Shown here in pieces: positions 11,578 to 22,769 of a stretch of DNA of 43,356 nucleotides. The position numbers were made by a program, and so were the translations under genes. The notes under the pieces were generated by a model. The model was not told where the DNA came from. It worked only from the letters and a program-made list of their open reading frames with translations, and ran no database searches. Positions within the stretch are counted from its first letter, which is position 1, and the number at the start of each line of letters is the position of its first letter. This DNA comes from an uncultured Saprospiraceae bacterium. Its GTDB lineage: Bacteria; Bacteroidota; Bacteroidia; Chitinophagales; Saprospiraceae. The stretch spans positions 1 to 43,356 of the forward strand of contig CAZIMH010000001.1 of assembly GCA_964540155.1 (NCBI GenBank). The letters are read 5' to 3'.

Positions 11578-13050
11578 TTATTGCCTCCACGGCATCGAAT
11601 CTTCTTTCTTTGATTTTATTTGCGCTTTATTTTCCAGGTAAATCTTCAGGGCAATCTTTGCAGCAATTTGTCTAGCATCTTCATCCAACGCTGACATGGC
11701 TTCCTTGTTAAAATACTCCTTAACAAAATGCGTATCGAATTGGCCACTAACAAACGCCTCATGCTCCATTACAAATCGTCCAAAAGGGAGTGTCGTTTGA
11801 GGTCCTTCTATTTTATAATCAGCAATGGCATTTTTCATCATGCTAATCGCTTCCTTCCGCGTGCTACCATAGGTGATCAGCTTCGCTATCATCGGATCAT
11901 AGTAAATCGGAATATCCATTCCTTGCTCGAATCCATCATCTACACGTATACCTGCACCTGATGGTCTTTTATATACACTAAGCTTTCCTACACTAGGAAG
12001 AAAATTCTCGGCAGGGTCCTCTGCATATACTCTTAATTCTACCGCATGGCCTGTTATCGAGAGATCACTTTGCGTAAAGCTCAGCTTTTCTCCTCTTGCA
12101 ATTTTTATCTGCTGTTCTACTAAATCAACACCGGTAATCATCTCTGTCACAGGATGCTCCACCTGGAGACGCGTATTCATTTCCAAGAAATAGAAATGCT
12201 TATTATCTTCTAATAAAAACTCCACTGTACCAGCACCAGTATAATCACAGGCCTGCGCTACTCTTACCGCAGCCGCACCCATCTCTTCTCTTAGTGCTGG
12301 CGTAAGAACTGCTGAGGGCGCCTCTTCTACCACTTTCTGATGTCGTCTTTGGATACTACATTCTCTTTCAAAGAGATGTACCGTATTTCCATGCTCATCA
12401 GCCAATACTTGTATTTCAATGTGCCTTGGTGAGGATACATACTTCTCTATAAAGACGGACCCATCGCCAAAAGAAGATTCCGCTTCGCTAATTGCTCTTT
12501 CCATCTGCGATTCGAACTCATCCACATTCTCTACTATACGCATTCCCTTACCTCCGCCACCCGCAGATGCTTTTACAAGAATCGGAAATCCAATCCCAGC
12601 AGCAATTTTCTTAGCTTCAGCAATATCTGTGATGGCCGTATCTGTGCCGGGTACCATTGGAATATCATAGTTCTTCACAGCCTCTTTAGCAGCCAACTTG
12701 CTACCCATAACTGAAATCGCATGTACCCTAGGGCCGATAAATATGATACCAGCACTCTCTAGCTTCTTTGCAAATTCAGCATTTTCACTTAAGAACCCAT
12801 AGCCGGGATGAATGGCATCAGTGCCTGTATCCTTTGCCGCTTGAATAATCTTATCCATTACAAGGTAGGATTCTGACGAAGCGGGTGGTCCTAGATGTAC
12901 AGATTCATCAGCGAAGAGTACATGAGGCGCATTTCTATCAGCATCAGAATATACAGCAACGGTAGAGATGCCCATCTTCTTGGCTGATTTCATCACCCTT
13001 AGGGCTATCTCTCCTCTATTGGCTACTAGTATTTTATCTATTTTCTTCAA
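11578..13050 (-). CDS. accC: Biotin carboxylase subunit of an acyl-CoA (propionyl/acetyl) carboxylase
   Basis: 490-aa ORF with ATP-grasp biotin carboxylase motifs (KILVANRGEIALRV, HPGYGFLSENAEFA, GGGGKGMR, EMNTRLQVEHPVTE). Confidence 0.92.
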   Translation of the reverse strand: MKKIDKILVANRGEIALRVMKSAKKMGISTVAVYSDADRNAPHVLFADESVHLGPPASSESYLVMDKIIQAAKDTGTDAIHPGYGFLSENAEFAKKLESAGIIFIGPRVHAISVMGSKLAAKEAVKNYDIPMVPGTDTAITDIAEAKKIAAGIGFPILVKASAGGGGKGMRIVENVDEFESQMERAISEAESSFGDGSVFIEKYVSSPRHIEIQVLADEHGNTVHLFERECSIQRRHQKVVEEAPSAVLTPALREEMGAAAVRVAQACDYTGAGTVEFLLEDNKHFYFLEMNTRLQVEHPVTEMITGVDLVEQQIKIARGEKLSFTQSDLSITGHAVELRVYAEDPAENFLPSVGKLSVYKRPSGAGIRVDDGFEQGMDIPIYYDPMIAKLITYGSTRKEAISMMKNAIADYKIEGPQTTLPFGRFVMEHEAFVSGQFDTHFVKEYFNKEAMSALDEDARQIAAKIALKIYLENKAQIKSKKEDSMPWRQ

Positions 13051-13074
13051 TGGTGTACTATAATTTGGAATTAC

Positions 13075-13578
13075 TTATGACATGGTGATGAGAATTTCAC
13101 CTTTGTCTACAGAATCCCCTTTGCTTTTATTGATTTTGTCCACGACGCATTCCGAGGATGTTTTAATGACATTTTCCATCTTCATTGCTTCTAATATCAA
13201 AAGCGGGTCACCGGCATTAATTTCCTGACCAGGTTCTACGAGGATATCTAGAATCAATCCAGGCATAGGTGCTTTGATGTCTTTGACGACGGTCTGAGCT
13301 ATCTTATCCATGCCCAATTCAGCTACCATCTGGTCTACGGTGTCCATAATTTCCACTTTATATGTAACACCATCCACCATCAGATGGAGTGCTTTCCCTT
13401 TGATAGACAGGCACTTAGATGTGTGTGAATGGTTCTCATGGATGATATGAAACTGGCCGTTCCTTTCCACAATGTCTAAGGCATCCAAATCAGCTTTGGA
13501 TACTTCATACTTGACATTATTAACAGTGACGATGTAGCTTGACAAGGTAGTATTATAAATTTGACCACAATATAACAA
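13075..13578 (-). CDS. Biotin carboxyl carrier protein (biotinyl domain)
   Basis: 167-aa ORF with a C-terminal biotinyl-lysine motif (LLILEAMKMENVI). There is no ATG near the 5' end; candidate starts are TTG at 13578 or TTG at 13545, so the start is uncertain. Confidence 0.85.
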   Translation of the reverse strand: MLYCGQIYNTTLSSYIVTVNNVKYEVSKADLDALDIVERNGQFHIIHENHSHTSKCLSIKGKALHLMVDGVTYKVEIMDTVDQMVAELGMDKIAQTVVKDIKAPMPGLILDILVEPGQEINAGDPLLILEAMKMENVIKTSSECVVDKINKSKGDSVDKGEILITMS

Positions 13579-13813
13579 GTAATTCGCTTGACATGTTTAG
13601 CTGAATGTTGATTAATAGAATGCCCATATTTAAGGATAGCACAGAGGTTTTAACCCGTTATATTCTGTAAAACACTCCCTTTTTAATGTGACTCAAGACA
13701 TCTGCAAGAAGACACTTTACTTTTTTTATAGAAATACTAGCCCTATTTGATAACTTTTTGGGCCTTATGCAATTATCTATAGTTGACTTTATTTTTCAAC
13801 TAAATAATAAACT

Positions 13814-14620
13814 ATGATTAAAGTGTTTAAAAACACAAGTCTTTTACTAGTACTCGTATTCTCACTCACTGCATTCAGCTCTACCGTAGAAATGGCGGAC
13901 CCCAAATCAGAATCATTGATCAAAGCTCTATATAGAGTAAATGGTGGATGGAAAAAATTGGCGTCCAAAAGAACAGTGGAATTTTCATATCTGTACAAAG
14001 ACTACCAAAAAGGTACCGATATATCTAAAGAGCGATATGTGTTCAGAGATGAAACCTCATGGGCAGAGTATACGCGTCATGAAGCTAACGTCTTACCGGA
14101 TAATACAAGCGGAATAGTGAGACAACTATACATGAATGGCACATCCAAGATTGCTCATAATGGCAATATGGTTAGTGATCCAGCAGCAGTTGGAGGCACA
14201 GGTTTTCTAAGAACAGCCAACTACTATTGGTTTACAATGATGTACAAGCTTGATGATCCAGGTACAATACATAAATACCTTGGTCAAGAAGTGGTTAATG
14301 GTATTAACTATGACAAAGTAAGCCTATCTTATGATGGCGCAGCGATTGGCAAAGAAGTAAATGATGAATACATCTTATACTTCAATCCAAATACGAAACT
14401 TGTAGACTTATTCTACTTCTCACTACCTGCATTGGGTGTTAACCAACCAGCAATAAAGATGGAGTTGACTTATGAGAAGATTGATGGTGTATATGTATCT
14501 ACTTATAGAAAGGCCTCCTTCCCAGATGACAAAGGCAATTATTCAGTGGGTCTGGAGCAATTTACGACCAATGTAAAATTTGGAGCTAGATTTAATAGCT
14601 CAAGTCTATCTGTGCAATAA
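13814..14620 (+). CDS. Hypothetical secreted protein
   Basis: 268-aa ORF with an N-terminal signal peptide (LLLVLVFSLTAFSS). No motif I can assign. It is followed by a clean rho-independent terminator. Confidence 0.6.
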   Translation: MIKVFKNTSLLLVLVFSLTAFSSTVEMADPKSESLIKALYRVNGGWKKLASKRTVEFSYLYKDYQKGTDISKERYVFRDETSWAEYTRHEANVLPDNTSGIVRQLYMNGTSKIAHNGNMVSDPAAVGGTGFLRTANYYWFTMMYKLDDPGTIHKYLGQEVVNGINYDKVSLSYDGAAIGKEVNDEYILYFNPNTKLVDLFYFSLPALGVNQPAIKMELTYEKIDGVYVSTYRKASFPDDKGNYSVGLEQFTTNVKFGARFNSSSLSVQ

Positions 14621-14646
14621 GTAAATTACACACAAATAAACTTTAG

Positions 14647-14682
14647 AATGAGAGGCAAGCTGTTTTGTCTCTCATTTTTTTA
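14647..14682 (+). terminator. Rho-independent terminator between the convergent hypothetical gene and glpD
   Basis: An 8-bp stem, AATGAGAG (14647-14654) pairing with CTCTCATT (14669-14676), runs straight into a T-run (14675-14681). Confidence 0.6.
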
Positions 14683-16359
14683 TTACACTTCAGCAGATTG
14701 CTTTTTAAATTTATCTAACCCATGGATAGAAATTTCATGGAGACAGTCTGACTTCATTCTATCGATGTCCGCCTGAGATAACTCCAAATATTTTCCAATC
14801 TCTGAGATTACAAAATCTACAGTATCTTTTGCTTTCCTAATATCAAAAAACAACCATCCAGTTCTTCTATCCAAAAAATCCATTGGGTGATAAACAGACT
14901 CATATTCCAGACCATAGGAAAGCTGGCTATGTAGTAGTTTTTGTTGAATGACTTTGACATCGTCACTCTCCTTAAAGTTAGCCCCTTCCAAAATTTTAAT
15001 TACGGATTTGCCATAGGTACTTATAAGATAGGTGACCTGCTGCACAGAAAGGCCATAGCTGGTATACTCTTGATTCATTTTCTGAATGAAGGACTTATAA
15101 TCCTTGTAATCATTAAAGGACTCATGACTTAGTTTTAGCGTTTCAGATTTTGAGTTCTGGAAGGCATGGACATTGGTTTTATATACAAGGTCGACTATCC
15201 TTTCTGCCATTTTTCTATATCCAGTCAGCTTGCCGCCCGCTATGGAAATAAGACCGCTGTCAGACACAAATATTTCATCTTTTCTAGATAACTCAGTTGG
15301 TGGTTTTCCTTTTTGATGAATCAATGGGCGCAGACCTACCCAAGAAGATTTCACATCATCTACAGTCAGTGGCGCAATCTTAAAAAACTGATTAATTGCA
15401 TCCAAAATGTAAGTTACATCTTCATGCGTGCACTGAAGGTCATCTTTGTCTTTGTCATAATTCGTATCAGTCGTTCCTACATAGATTGCTTTCCCTCTAG
15501 GTATAGCAAAGAGCATTCGTCCATCAAACGCATCAAAGTATGTGGAGTTTTTCAATGGTAACGTATCATAATCAAACACCAAATGGACCCCTTTACTCAA
15601 TCTCAAATTGGTCTCTGTCTTCTGGTCATCTGTTATTCGTAAGGTATCTACCCATGGACCAGAAGCATTGACTATGCATTCTGCTTTTAAGCTAACTTCT
15701 TCTCCAGTTATATGATCGTGGCATATGACGCCATTAACTATTTTGTCATCGTAAGTAAAATCCGTGACCTCCATATAATTGAAGGCATCAATGATCTCAC
15801 ATCTTGCCGTCTTAATCAATTCAAGTGTGAGCCTTGCATCATCTGTCCTGTACTCTGAGTAGACGATACTTGATTTCAAAATATCAGACCTTAACAGTGG
15901 TTCTTTTTGAAGTGTGGACGTCTTGGATAGTGATTTCTTTCTGTCCTCCTTAGGGACCTTGGCCAACCAATCGTATACACTTATGGCCATACTCGCTGTG
16001 AATTTGCTAAATGTACCATTTTTAACTATTGGCAGAAACATATTCTCAGGATGTACAAGATGAGGTGCATTCTGATGAGCTATAGACCTTTCCAGTCCTG
16101 TCTCTCTTACTAAACCAAATTCTAGCTGCTTCAGATACCTCAAGCCTCCATGTATCAGTTTAGTAGACTTACTGCTTGTCCCAGAAGCAAAATCAAGTTT
16201 CTCCACCAAAACCGCTTTTAGTCCTCTTGTCGTCGCATCTAAAAGAATGCCTGCGCCAGTAACACCACCTCCTATGACGATGAGGTCATAAACCGTTTGC
16301 CTGGCTTGCTCCACTCTTTCCTTTCTGCTTTTATTGCTAAAATTTGTTTGTGTGCCCAT
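14683..16359 (-). CDS. glpD: FAD-dependent glycerol-3-phosphate dehydrogenase
   Basis: 558-aa ORF with an N-terminal FAD fold (DLIVIGGGVTGAGILLDATTRGLK) and the GlpD segment SGTSSKSTKLIHGGLRYL. Confidence 0.9.
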   Translation of the reverse strand: MGTQTNFSNKSRKERVEQARQTVYDLIVIGGGVTGAGILLDATTRGLKAVLVEKLDFASGTSSKSTKLIHGGLRYLKQLEFGLVRETGLERSIAHQNAPHLVHPENMFLPIVKNGTFSKFTASMAISVYDWLAKVPKEDRKKSLSKTSTLQKEPLLRSDILKSSIVYSEYRTDDARLTLELIKTARCEIIDAFNYMEVTDFTYDDKIVNGVICHDHITGEEVSLKAECIVNASGPWVDTLRITDDQKTETNLRLSKGVHLVFDYDTLPLKNSTYFDAFDGRMLFAIPRGKAIYVGTTDTNYDKDKDDLQCTHEDVTYILDAINQFFKIAPLTVDDVKSSWVGLRPLIHQKGKPPTELSRKDEIFVSDSGLISIAGGKLTGYRKMAERIVDLVYKTNVHAFQNSKSETLKLSHESFNDYKDYKSFIQKMNQEYTSYGLSVQQVTYLISTYGKSVIKILEGANFKESDDVKVIQQKLLHSQLSYGLEYESVYHPMDFLDRRTGWLFFDIRKAKDTVDFVISEIGKYLELSQADIDRMKSDCLHEISIHGLDKFKKQSAEV

Positions 16360-16418
16360 TTACAGAAGTTAATTGAAATTTTACTGTCTCCTTTTTCTTA
16401 TAGATCCAAGATACATTA

Positions 16419-16426
16419 TATGTTTG
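16419..16426 (+). promoter_or_regulatory. Candidate Bacteroidota -7 promoter box (TAnnTTTG) upstream of pgi
   Basis: TATGTTTG matches the TAnnTTTG consensus and sits 35 nt upstream of the pgi ATG. This is a single short motif, so support is weak. Confidence 0.3.
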
Positions 16427-16460
16427 CTCACTTTATAGAAAATAATAATATAACACAATT

Positions 16461-18116
16461 ATGCTGCATTCTATAAATCCTACACAAACCAGTGCCTGGA
16501 ATAAGTTAGAAGAACACTTTAACGCTATTAACAATCTTCACATGAAGGATTTGTTCACAGCAGATCCGTCCAGGTTTAATAAATTCTCACTGGAATCAAA
16601 TGGTATCTTATTCGATTACTCAAAAAATAGAATTACTCTAGACACTATATCACTCCTAGCAGAGCTGGCACAGGAGGTAAACCTTCATGATGGCATAAAT
16701 GCCATGTTCACAGGTAATGAAATAAATGCAACTGAAAATAGAGCCGTTTTACATACTGCGCTCAGGCAACAATCTGATAATCCCATAGAGGTTAATGGTG
16801 AAAATATCATACCCAAGATTAGGCAAGTGCAAGCCCAAATGAAAAAATACTGTGCTTCCTTTCATGCTAATGAGATAGTAGGATTTACCGGCAAGCCACT
16901 TCGTCAGATTGTAAATATCGGCATTGGCGGTTCTGATTTAGGTCCTGTAATGGTCACTGAAGCCTTGAAGCCCTACTGGGTAGATGGTATTTCTACCTAT
17001 TTTGTATCTAATGTAGATGGTTCTCATATAGCAGAGGTACTGAAACAAGTCAACCCAGAGACAACCTTATTTATAATAGCTTCAAAGACATTCACTACTC
17101 AAGAAACAATGACCAATGCGCATACAGCCAAGGAGTGGTTTCTAAATAATGGCGGAAGCACTGAGGATATAGAAAAGCATTTTGTGGCTTTATCTACTAA
17201 TATATCTGGTGCTCAAAAGTTTGGAATATCTGCCGATAATGTTTTTGGATTCTGGGATTGGGTAGGTGGACGGTACTCTCTTTCAAGTGCCATTGGTCTT
17301 TCTATCGCTCTGACAATTGGGTACGGTCAGTTTGAATCTTTGCTAGAAGGCATGGGAGCCATGGACCAACACTTCAGAGAAGCAAAGTATGAGGACAATA
17401 TCCCCGTCCTTATGGCACTGTTAGGTATATGGTACAATAATTTCTTTGGCGCAGATTCAGAAGCCATCCTACCCTATGACCAATATCTGCATCGATTTCC
17501 AGCTTACTTCCAGCAGGGCAATATGGAAAGTAATGGTAAGTCAATGGACAGAAATGGTGAACCAGTTACATATCAGACTGGACCAATTATATGGGGAGAG
17601 CCTGGCACAAATGGACAACATGCCTTTTACCAACTTATCCATCAAGGTAGTAAATTAATTCCATGTGATTTTATAGCAACTGCCGTCTCACATAATGATA
17701 TAGGCGACCATCACAATAAATTATTGAGTAACTTTTTTGCGCAGACAGAGGCCCTGATGAATGGTAAAGACGAAAGCACTGTGATCCAAGAATTTGAAGC
17801 ACAAGGTCTTGCTAAAGATGTGTATGAAAAAATTGTCCCGTTTAAAATATTTGACGGTAATAAACCGACGAACTCCATCCTAGTGCAAAAATTAACACCC
17901 TATACGTTAGGGCAGTTAATTGCTATGTATGAGCATAAAATATTCGTTCAAGGATACATATGGAATATCTATAGTTTTGATCAGTGGGGAGTAGAATTGG
18001 GTAAGCAGTTAGCCAGAAAGATATTACCAGAGCTAGACCAGGAGGAGGAAGTGAATAGTCATGATAGTTCTACTAATGGATTAATTAATGCTTATAAAAA
18101 AATGCGGTCAACTTAA
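16461..18116 (+). CDS. pgi: Glucose-6-phosphate isomerase
   Basis: 551-aa ORF with full-length PGI character ([55 protein letters not shown]). Confidence 0.95.
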   Translation: MLHSINPTQTSAWNKLEEHFNAINNLHMKDLFTADPSRFNKFSLESNGILFDYSKNRITLDTISLLAELAQEVNLHDGINAMFTGNEINATENRAVLHTALRQQSDNPIEVNGENIIPKIRQVQAQMKKYCASFHANEIVGFTGKPLRQIVNIGIGGSDLGPVMVTEALKPYWVDGISTYFVSNVDGSHIAEVLKQVNPETTLFIIASKTFTTQETMTNAHTAKEWFLNNGGSTEDIEKHFVALSTNISGAQKFGISADNVFGFWDWVGGRYSLSSAIGLSIALTIGYGQFESLLEGMGAMDQHFREAKYEDNIPVLMALLGIWYNNFFGADSEAILPYDQYLHRFPAYFQQGNMESNGKSMDRNGEPVTYQTGPIIWGEPGTNGQHAFYQLIHQGSKLIPCDFIATAVSHNDIGDHHNKLLSNFFAQTEALMNGKDESTVIQEFEAQGLAKDVYEKIVPFKIFDGNKPTNSILVQKLTPYTLGQLIAMYEHKIFVQGYIWNIYSFDQWGVELGKQLARKILPELDQEEEVNSHDSSTNGLINAYKKMRST

Positions 18117-19291
18117 TTCTGACTTCCTCTATAAATTACTTCTACTCCATTACCGATACTTACATGATACACACTGGGTTCTATGCCTGTTTGTTTATGA
18201 TATCGAAGAGAAATTTCTTCAACAACCCTTTCTTTTTCTTCATCAAGGATAAGATTCAAAGTACAGCCACCAAATCCTCCGCCCATCATTCTAGATCCTA
18301 TAATGGCAGATTGCTGTCGACTCAGTTCTACTAGCAAATCTAATTCAGTACAACTTACCTCGTATAGGTTTTGCAACCCATAATGAGAAGCATAAAGTAC
18401 ATCCCCTAAGGTTGTAAAATTCTTGGCAAGTAAGGCGTCTTTAAATTTGTGCACTCTCCCATTCTCTTCTATGATAAATTGGGCTCGATTATAAAGTGTG
18501 TCAGTCAACTTCTTCTTTAGACCATCTAATTGATTTAAATTTAATTGACTTAAGTGGTCAATTTCTATGCCTTCCCTTTTTGCAATTTTTACTACCTCTT
18601 TGCATTCAGCAGGTCTATCATTATACCCTGAGGACAGATGCGTATGCTTGACGTTGGTATTAATTAATACTAAAGAGTAAGGCGCTAATTCTACAGGATA
18701 GTATTCAAAGGTATCCTTACTACAATCCATTAACATCGCTTTTTCTTCTTGACCGAACATGGATGAAAACTGATCCAAGATGCCACTCTGAATGCCTAGA
18801 TAATTATTCTCGGATCTATTACTCATTCTGACTATGTCCCAAGCATTCAACCCACTATCTATCAGAGTATCTATACCCTTGGCAAAACCACACTCCAATG
18901 CAGCAGAGGAGCTCAGCCCTGCCCCTATAGGAATTTCACTCATGAAGATACAATCAAAGCCAGGTAGAGTATGGCCTAGCTTCTTATACTCATCTATAAT
19001 GCCTAGACAATACCTTACCCATAATTTATCTGAATTGGGGTTTTCTAATTGGAGACTTATTCTATCATTCAAATCATGCGCCACCAAATTCAATGCCTTA
19101 GTCTGGTTAGCCCTAAACGCAAAGTACATGCTCTTGTCTATCGCCGCAGGAAAAACCAATCCTAGGTTATAATCAGTATGTTCTCCAATCAAATTTATCC
19201 GTCCTGGAGCTCTGACAATAATTGTAGGTTCATTACTGAATTCTCGTAAAAAGAACTCTCTTACCTTTTCCTTCATATCCGCTAATTTCAT
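18113..19291 (-). CDS. galK: Galactokinase
   Basis: 392-aa ORF with the GHMP kinase and galactokinase signatures [13 protein letters not shown] and [13 protein letters not shown]. Confidence 0.93.
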   Translation of the reverse strand: MKLADMKEKVREFFLREFSNEPTIIVRAPGRINLIGEHTDYNLGLVFPAAIDKSMYFAFRANQTKALNLVAHDLNDRISLQLENPNSDKLWVRYCLGIIDEYKKLGHTLPGFDCIFMSEIPIGAGLSSSAALECGFAKGIDTLIDSGLNAWDIVRMSNRSENNYLGIQSGILDQFSSMFGQEEKAMLMDCSKDTFEYYPVELAPYSLVLINTNVKHTHLSSGYNDRPAECKEVVKIAKREGIEIDHLSQLNLNQLDGLKKKLTDTLYNRAQFIIEENGRVHKFKDALLAKNFTTLGDVLYASHYGLQNLYEVSCTELDLLVELSRQQSAIIGSRMMGGGFGGCTLNLILDEEKERVVEEISLRYHKQTGIEPSVYHVSIGNGVEVIYRGSQN

Positions 19292-19295
19292 CAGG

Positions 19296-20852
19296 CTACC
19301 ACCATACAGCGTATATCACAGCAAGGATACCACAGATAGCTACAGTCGCGACATTGAATACTGTATCTGTTTTGAAGAGTCCTTTCTCTATGTTGATAGC
19401 TTTATGATCAGATGTCTTATTATCAATTAGAGATATGACAACCATTATGGCAACAATGAGTAAGAAACAAGCACCCATCCTATCCATGAATGGGAATTCA
19501 GGGAGTAGAAATTTGAAGGCGACAGAAAGCGGAATAGATAAAATAACTGCGGCTAACGCGGCATTAGCGGAGGTTCTCTTCCAGAAGAAACCAAGCAAAA
19601 ATATAGCGACGACACCTGGGCTTATAAATCCAGTGTACTCTTGTATATACTGAAAAGCTTGATCTAGATTCCCGAGTAATGGCGCAATAAGGACCCCGAG
19701 TAATAGACATACTGCAGAGCATATTTTCCCAACTCTGACAAGATGCTTTTGATCCTCTGATTTATCCTTCTTTATTTGTTTGTAAATATCTAAGGTGAAA
19801 ATGGTAGAGGCACTATTGACAATAGAACTGACAGACGACCCAATCGCAGCAATCAAGGCGGCGAAGGCAATACCTTTAAATCCAGTAGTTACATATTCAT
19901 TAAGCACCCATGGATAGGCTTCATCAGCTTTTTCAAGATCTGCACCTAATACAAAGGCAGCTATCCCAGGAATGACAACAATCAGTGGCAATAGAATTTT
20001 GACAAAGGCGGCAAAGACAGTTCCTTTCTGGGCTTCTTTTAAATTCTTAGCAGCCAAAGCTCTCTGAATGATATACTGATTGGTGCCCCAGTAATACAAA
20101 TTAGCTATCCACATCCCGCCTATCAAGACACTAATGCCCGGTAGGTTCTTATATTCTGGATTATTTTTATCCAGTATCATATCAAACTTTTCTGGTGCTC
20201 TCTCCACAAGGGTAGACAACCCCTCCATGACGCCACCTCCTAAGGCCTTAAGCACCATAACACTTGCTATGAGTCCACCAATAACGAGCACGACTACCTG
20301 AATAAGGTCTGTCCATACAACCGCTTTCAGTCCTCCCATAATAGAGAAGGTAGATGAAAATATAGCTAAGCCGATAATCCCATAGATCAGCGGAATATCC
20401 ATTATACTTTTCAACGCTAATCCTCCCAGATAGAGCACACTAGTGATATTGACAAAAATAAATAGCAACAACCAGAAGACAGCTAACCCAGTCCTGACTC
20501 TGTTATCGAATCTTTGCTCTAGAAACTGAGGCATCGTATATATCTCCTTCTTGATGAATATGGGCAAGAAAAACTTAGCTACTACTATCAGGGTCAGCGC
20601 TGCCATCAATTCGTAGGCTCCGATGGCCATACCTACCACATATCCAGACCCTGACATCCCGATAAACTGTTCTGCAGAAATATTAGATGCGATTAGAGAA
20701 CCGCCCACAGCCCACCAGGGCAAGGACTTGGATGCCAAAAAATAATCCTGTACTGTCTCTTGCTTATTACGATTGGATATCCATATCCCAAATCCCATAA
20801 TGAACAATAACCAGCCGCAAAAAAATACCATGTCAAAAGTGGAAAAATCCAT
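19296..20852 (-). CDS. Sodium:solute symporter family (SGLT-like) sugar transporter
   Basis: 518-aa polytopic membrane ORF with SSF features (DYFLASKSLPWWAVGGSLIASNISAEQFIG, YWGTNQYIIQRALAAK). It lies 4 nt upstream of galK. Confidence 0.85.
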   Translation of the reverse strand: MDFSTFDMVFFCGWLLFIMGFGIWISNRNKQETVQDYFLASKSLPWWAVGGSLIASNISAEQFIGMSGSGYVVGMAIGAYELMAALTLIVVAKFFLPIFIKKEIYTMPQFLEQRFDNRVRTGLAVFWLLLFIFVNITSVLYLGGLALKSIMDIPLIYGIIGLAIFSSTFSIMGGLKAVVWTDLIQVVVLVIGGLIASVMVLKALGGGVMEGLSTLVERAPEKFDMILDKNNPEYKNLPGISVLIGGMWIANLYYWGTNQYIIQRALAAKNLKEAQKGTVFAAFVKILLPLIVVIPGIAAFVLGADLEKADEAYPWVLNEYVTTGFKGIAFAALIAAIGSSVSSIVNSASTIFTLDIYKQIKKDKSEDQKHLVRVGKICSAVCLLLGVLIAPLLGNLDQAFQYIQEYTGFISPGVVAIFLLGFFWKRTSANAALAAVILSIPLSVAFKFLLPEFPFMDRMGACFLLIVAIMVVISLIDNKTSDHKAINIEKGLFKTDTVFNVATVAICGILAVIYAVWW

Positions 20853-20915
20853 ACTATTATTTTCTAATTCAATGATGCTTAATTAATATCATAAGGTGTA
20901 ACTATCAGACCCAGT

Positions 20916-22769
20916 TTATATGCTTAGCTCTCTAAATTCTTCTTCCATCATATAATCAATCACAAACTTGCTGCGTATTCTAGTACTAGCTTGTTGTACA
21001 TCATAAGGTATGTTTGCTCGTTCTAAGCAAGTTATCAATATATTCTGAAGCGTATTCTCGTCAGGCCATCCTGCAATATAAGTCTTATTATTATTGTGGA
21101 TAACTGGCTCCAATGCTTTATCCTCATGTTGTATATGCTCCATCCATCTATGAAAGATACCAACCTTATCAATCACTCTTGACGCCGATGGTCGCAATGT
21201 TTCTACCATATCCAGCACTAAAGGCAATTCCATCAGCTGAGAGACACTAGTGGTATTAATCTGGAAATCAGTGGTTTTTGTATGTGTACGGGGGCCCAAA
21301 ATCACTTCACCTCTGTAATCGGACATTAAAGCAATTAGATTGTCGTTAATGCAAAATATGCCCGGTGCCAGAACCATTTCATACTGTTTCAGTGAAGTGC
21401 AGTCTGAAGAGATTATATCTACATCAAGACCAAGCATTCTTAGCCCACAGTAAAATTCATAGCATAATCTAAAATAGTCAAAATCTTCACCTTGGGGCTG
21501 CACTTCCCATGCCCACTGACTCTCATAGTCAAAAATGAGTGCTACTAAAGTTTGATTAATAGATTGGCTTTTTATCTTTTGTATGTCATATGAGTTCAAA
21601 TCCTCTTTGAGTTGCTTCAGTTCACTGAGCATAGGAGAAGGTCTGTTATCTGGTCGCTTGAGGGCAGAATGCATTTGTTCTTGTGCAAAAGGCGGTTGTC
21701 TCCATCTAAAAAAAGCAACGAACTCAGCACCATGTGCCATCGCTTCTAGCGTCCATAGTCTGACCATACCTGAAGCCGGTGAAGGGTTGTGTGGTGCCCA
21801 ATTTACAGGACCTGGCTGCTGCTCCATTATCCCCCACCTGCCCTTGCCTACTGCTCGGTATAAATCATGATGAAAGGCCTGAAAATCTGGATCTCCAGTA
21901 TATTGATATTTATGCTTGAAGGACGATGGTCTGTCAGAGCGGTCTTCTAGAAAGCCGAGCGGATAGCTATCCCAAGTAGCCAAATCTAAATCCTCTCCTA
22001 ATTTAAAATGATCAAAGTCTGTAATCCTGCCCATGTAGTTATGAAAGATGGGCGCATCAGAATAATTATGGATAGCATCCACTTGAGCCTTATTCCAAAC
22101 AACTACCTGATCAGAACAAAACCTAAAGAAATCCAACTTGTGGATAGGATTAGGCTCCGTCACTGTGAGATTTGGCAGTTCTATTTGTTCAAAAGAATTG
22201 TATTCCATGGACCAAAAAACATTGCCCCATCGCTGATTTAATTCTGAGATTGAATTGTATTTATCTTCTAGCCATTTCTGAAAAGCCATCAGTGCATGTG
22301 GACTGTATGACCGCGTGGTGTCGTGGCAACCATATTCATTGTCCGTCTGCCAAGCATATAACGAAGGATGACTCCCATATCTCTGAGCCAGACGACCTGC
22401 CATCTCTGATGCTAATTGTCTATATCCAGTGTGTGAGAAACAATAATGACGTCGAGAACCAAAACCTCTCTCCTTGCCTTGCTCATCCCATGCCAACATA
22501 TCTGGGTACTTATCCAGCACCCATCTGGGTGGTGTGGCACTTGGCGTTCCTAAGATAAACTTGAGATTTGAATCATCCAATAGTTGAATTATCCTATCAA
22601 GCCAATCAAAATCATACTGGCCCTCTACGGGTTCCAATCTACTCCATGCAAATTCTCCTATCCGAACAACTGATAATCCTAAGGACTTCATCTCAGACAC
22701 ATCACTGCTCCACATCGCTTCATCCCAATGCTCAGGATAATAACATACGCCTAATAACATCTTACTCAT
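20916..22769 (-). CDS. GH42 family beta-galactosidase
   Basis: GH42 N-terminal signature (LLGVCYYPEHWDE..W..D...M...G...VRIGEFAWSRLEP, WQTDNEYG). The track ORF reaches 22826, but I place the start at ATG 22769-22767 (MSKMLLGVCYY), which overlaps the upstream symporter stop within the sequence ATGAGTAA. Confidence 0.9.
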   Translation of the reverse strand: MSKMLLGVCYYPEHWDEAMWSSDVSEMKSLGLSVVRIGEFAWSRLEPVEGQYDFDWLDRIIQLLDDSNLKFILGTPSATPPRWVLDKYPDMLAWDEQGKERGFGSRRHYCFSHTGYRQLASEMAGRLAQRYGSHPSLYAWQTDNEYGCHDTTRSYSPHALMAFQKWLEDKYNSISELNQRWGNVFWSMEYNSFEQIELPNLTVTEPNPIHKLDFFRFCSDQVVVWNKAQVDAIHNYSDAPIFHNYMGRITDFDHFKLGEDLDLATWDSYPLGFLEDRSDRPSSFKHKYQYTGDPDFQAFHHDLYRAVGKGRWGIMEQQPGPVNWAPHNPSPASGMVRLWTLEAMAHGAEFVAFFRWRQPPFAQEQMHSALKRPDNRPSPMLSELKQLKEDLNSYDIQKIKSQSINQTLVALIFDYESQWAWEVQPQGEDFDYFRLCYEFYCGLRMLGLDVDIISSDCTSLKQYEMVLAPGIFCINDNLIALMSDYRGEVILGPRTHTKTTDFQINTTSVSQLMELPLVLDMVETLRPSASRVIDKVGIFHRWMEHIQHEDKALEPVIHNNNKTYIAGWPDENTLQNILITCLERANIPYDVQQASTRIRSKFVIDYMMEEEFRELSI

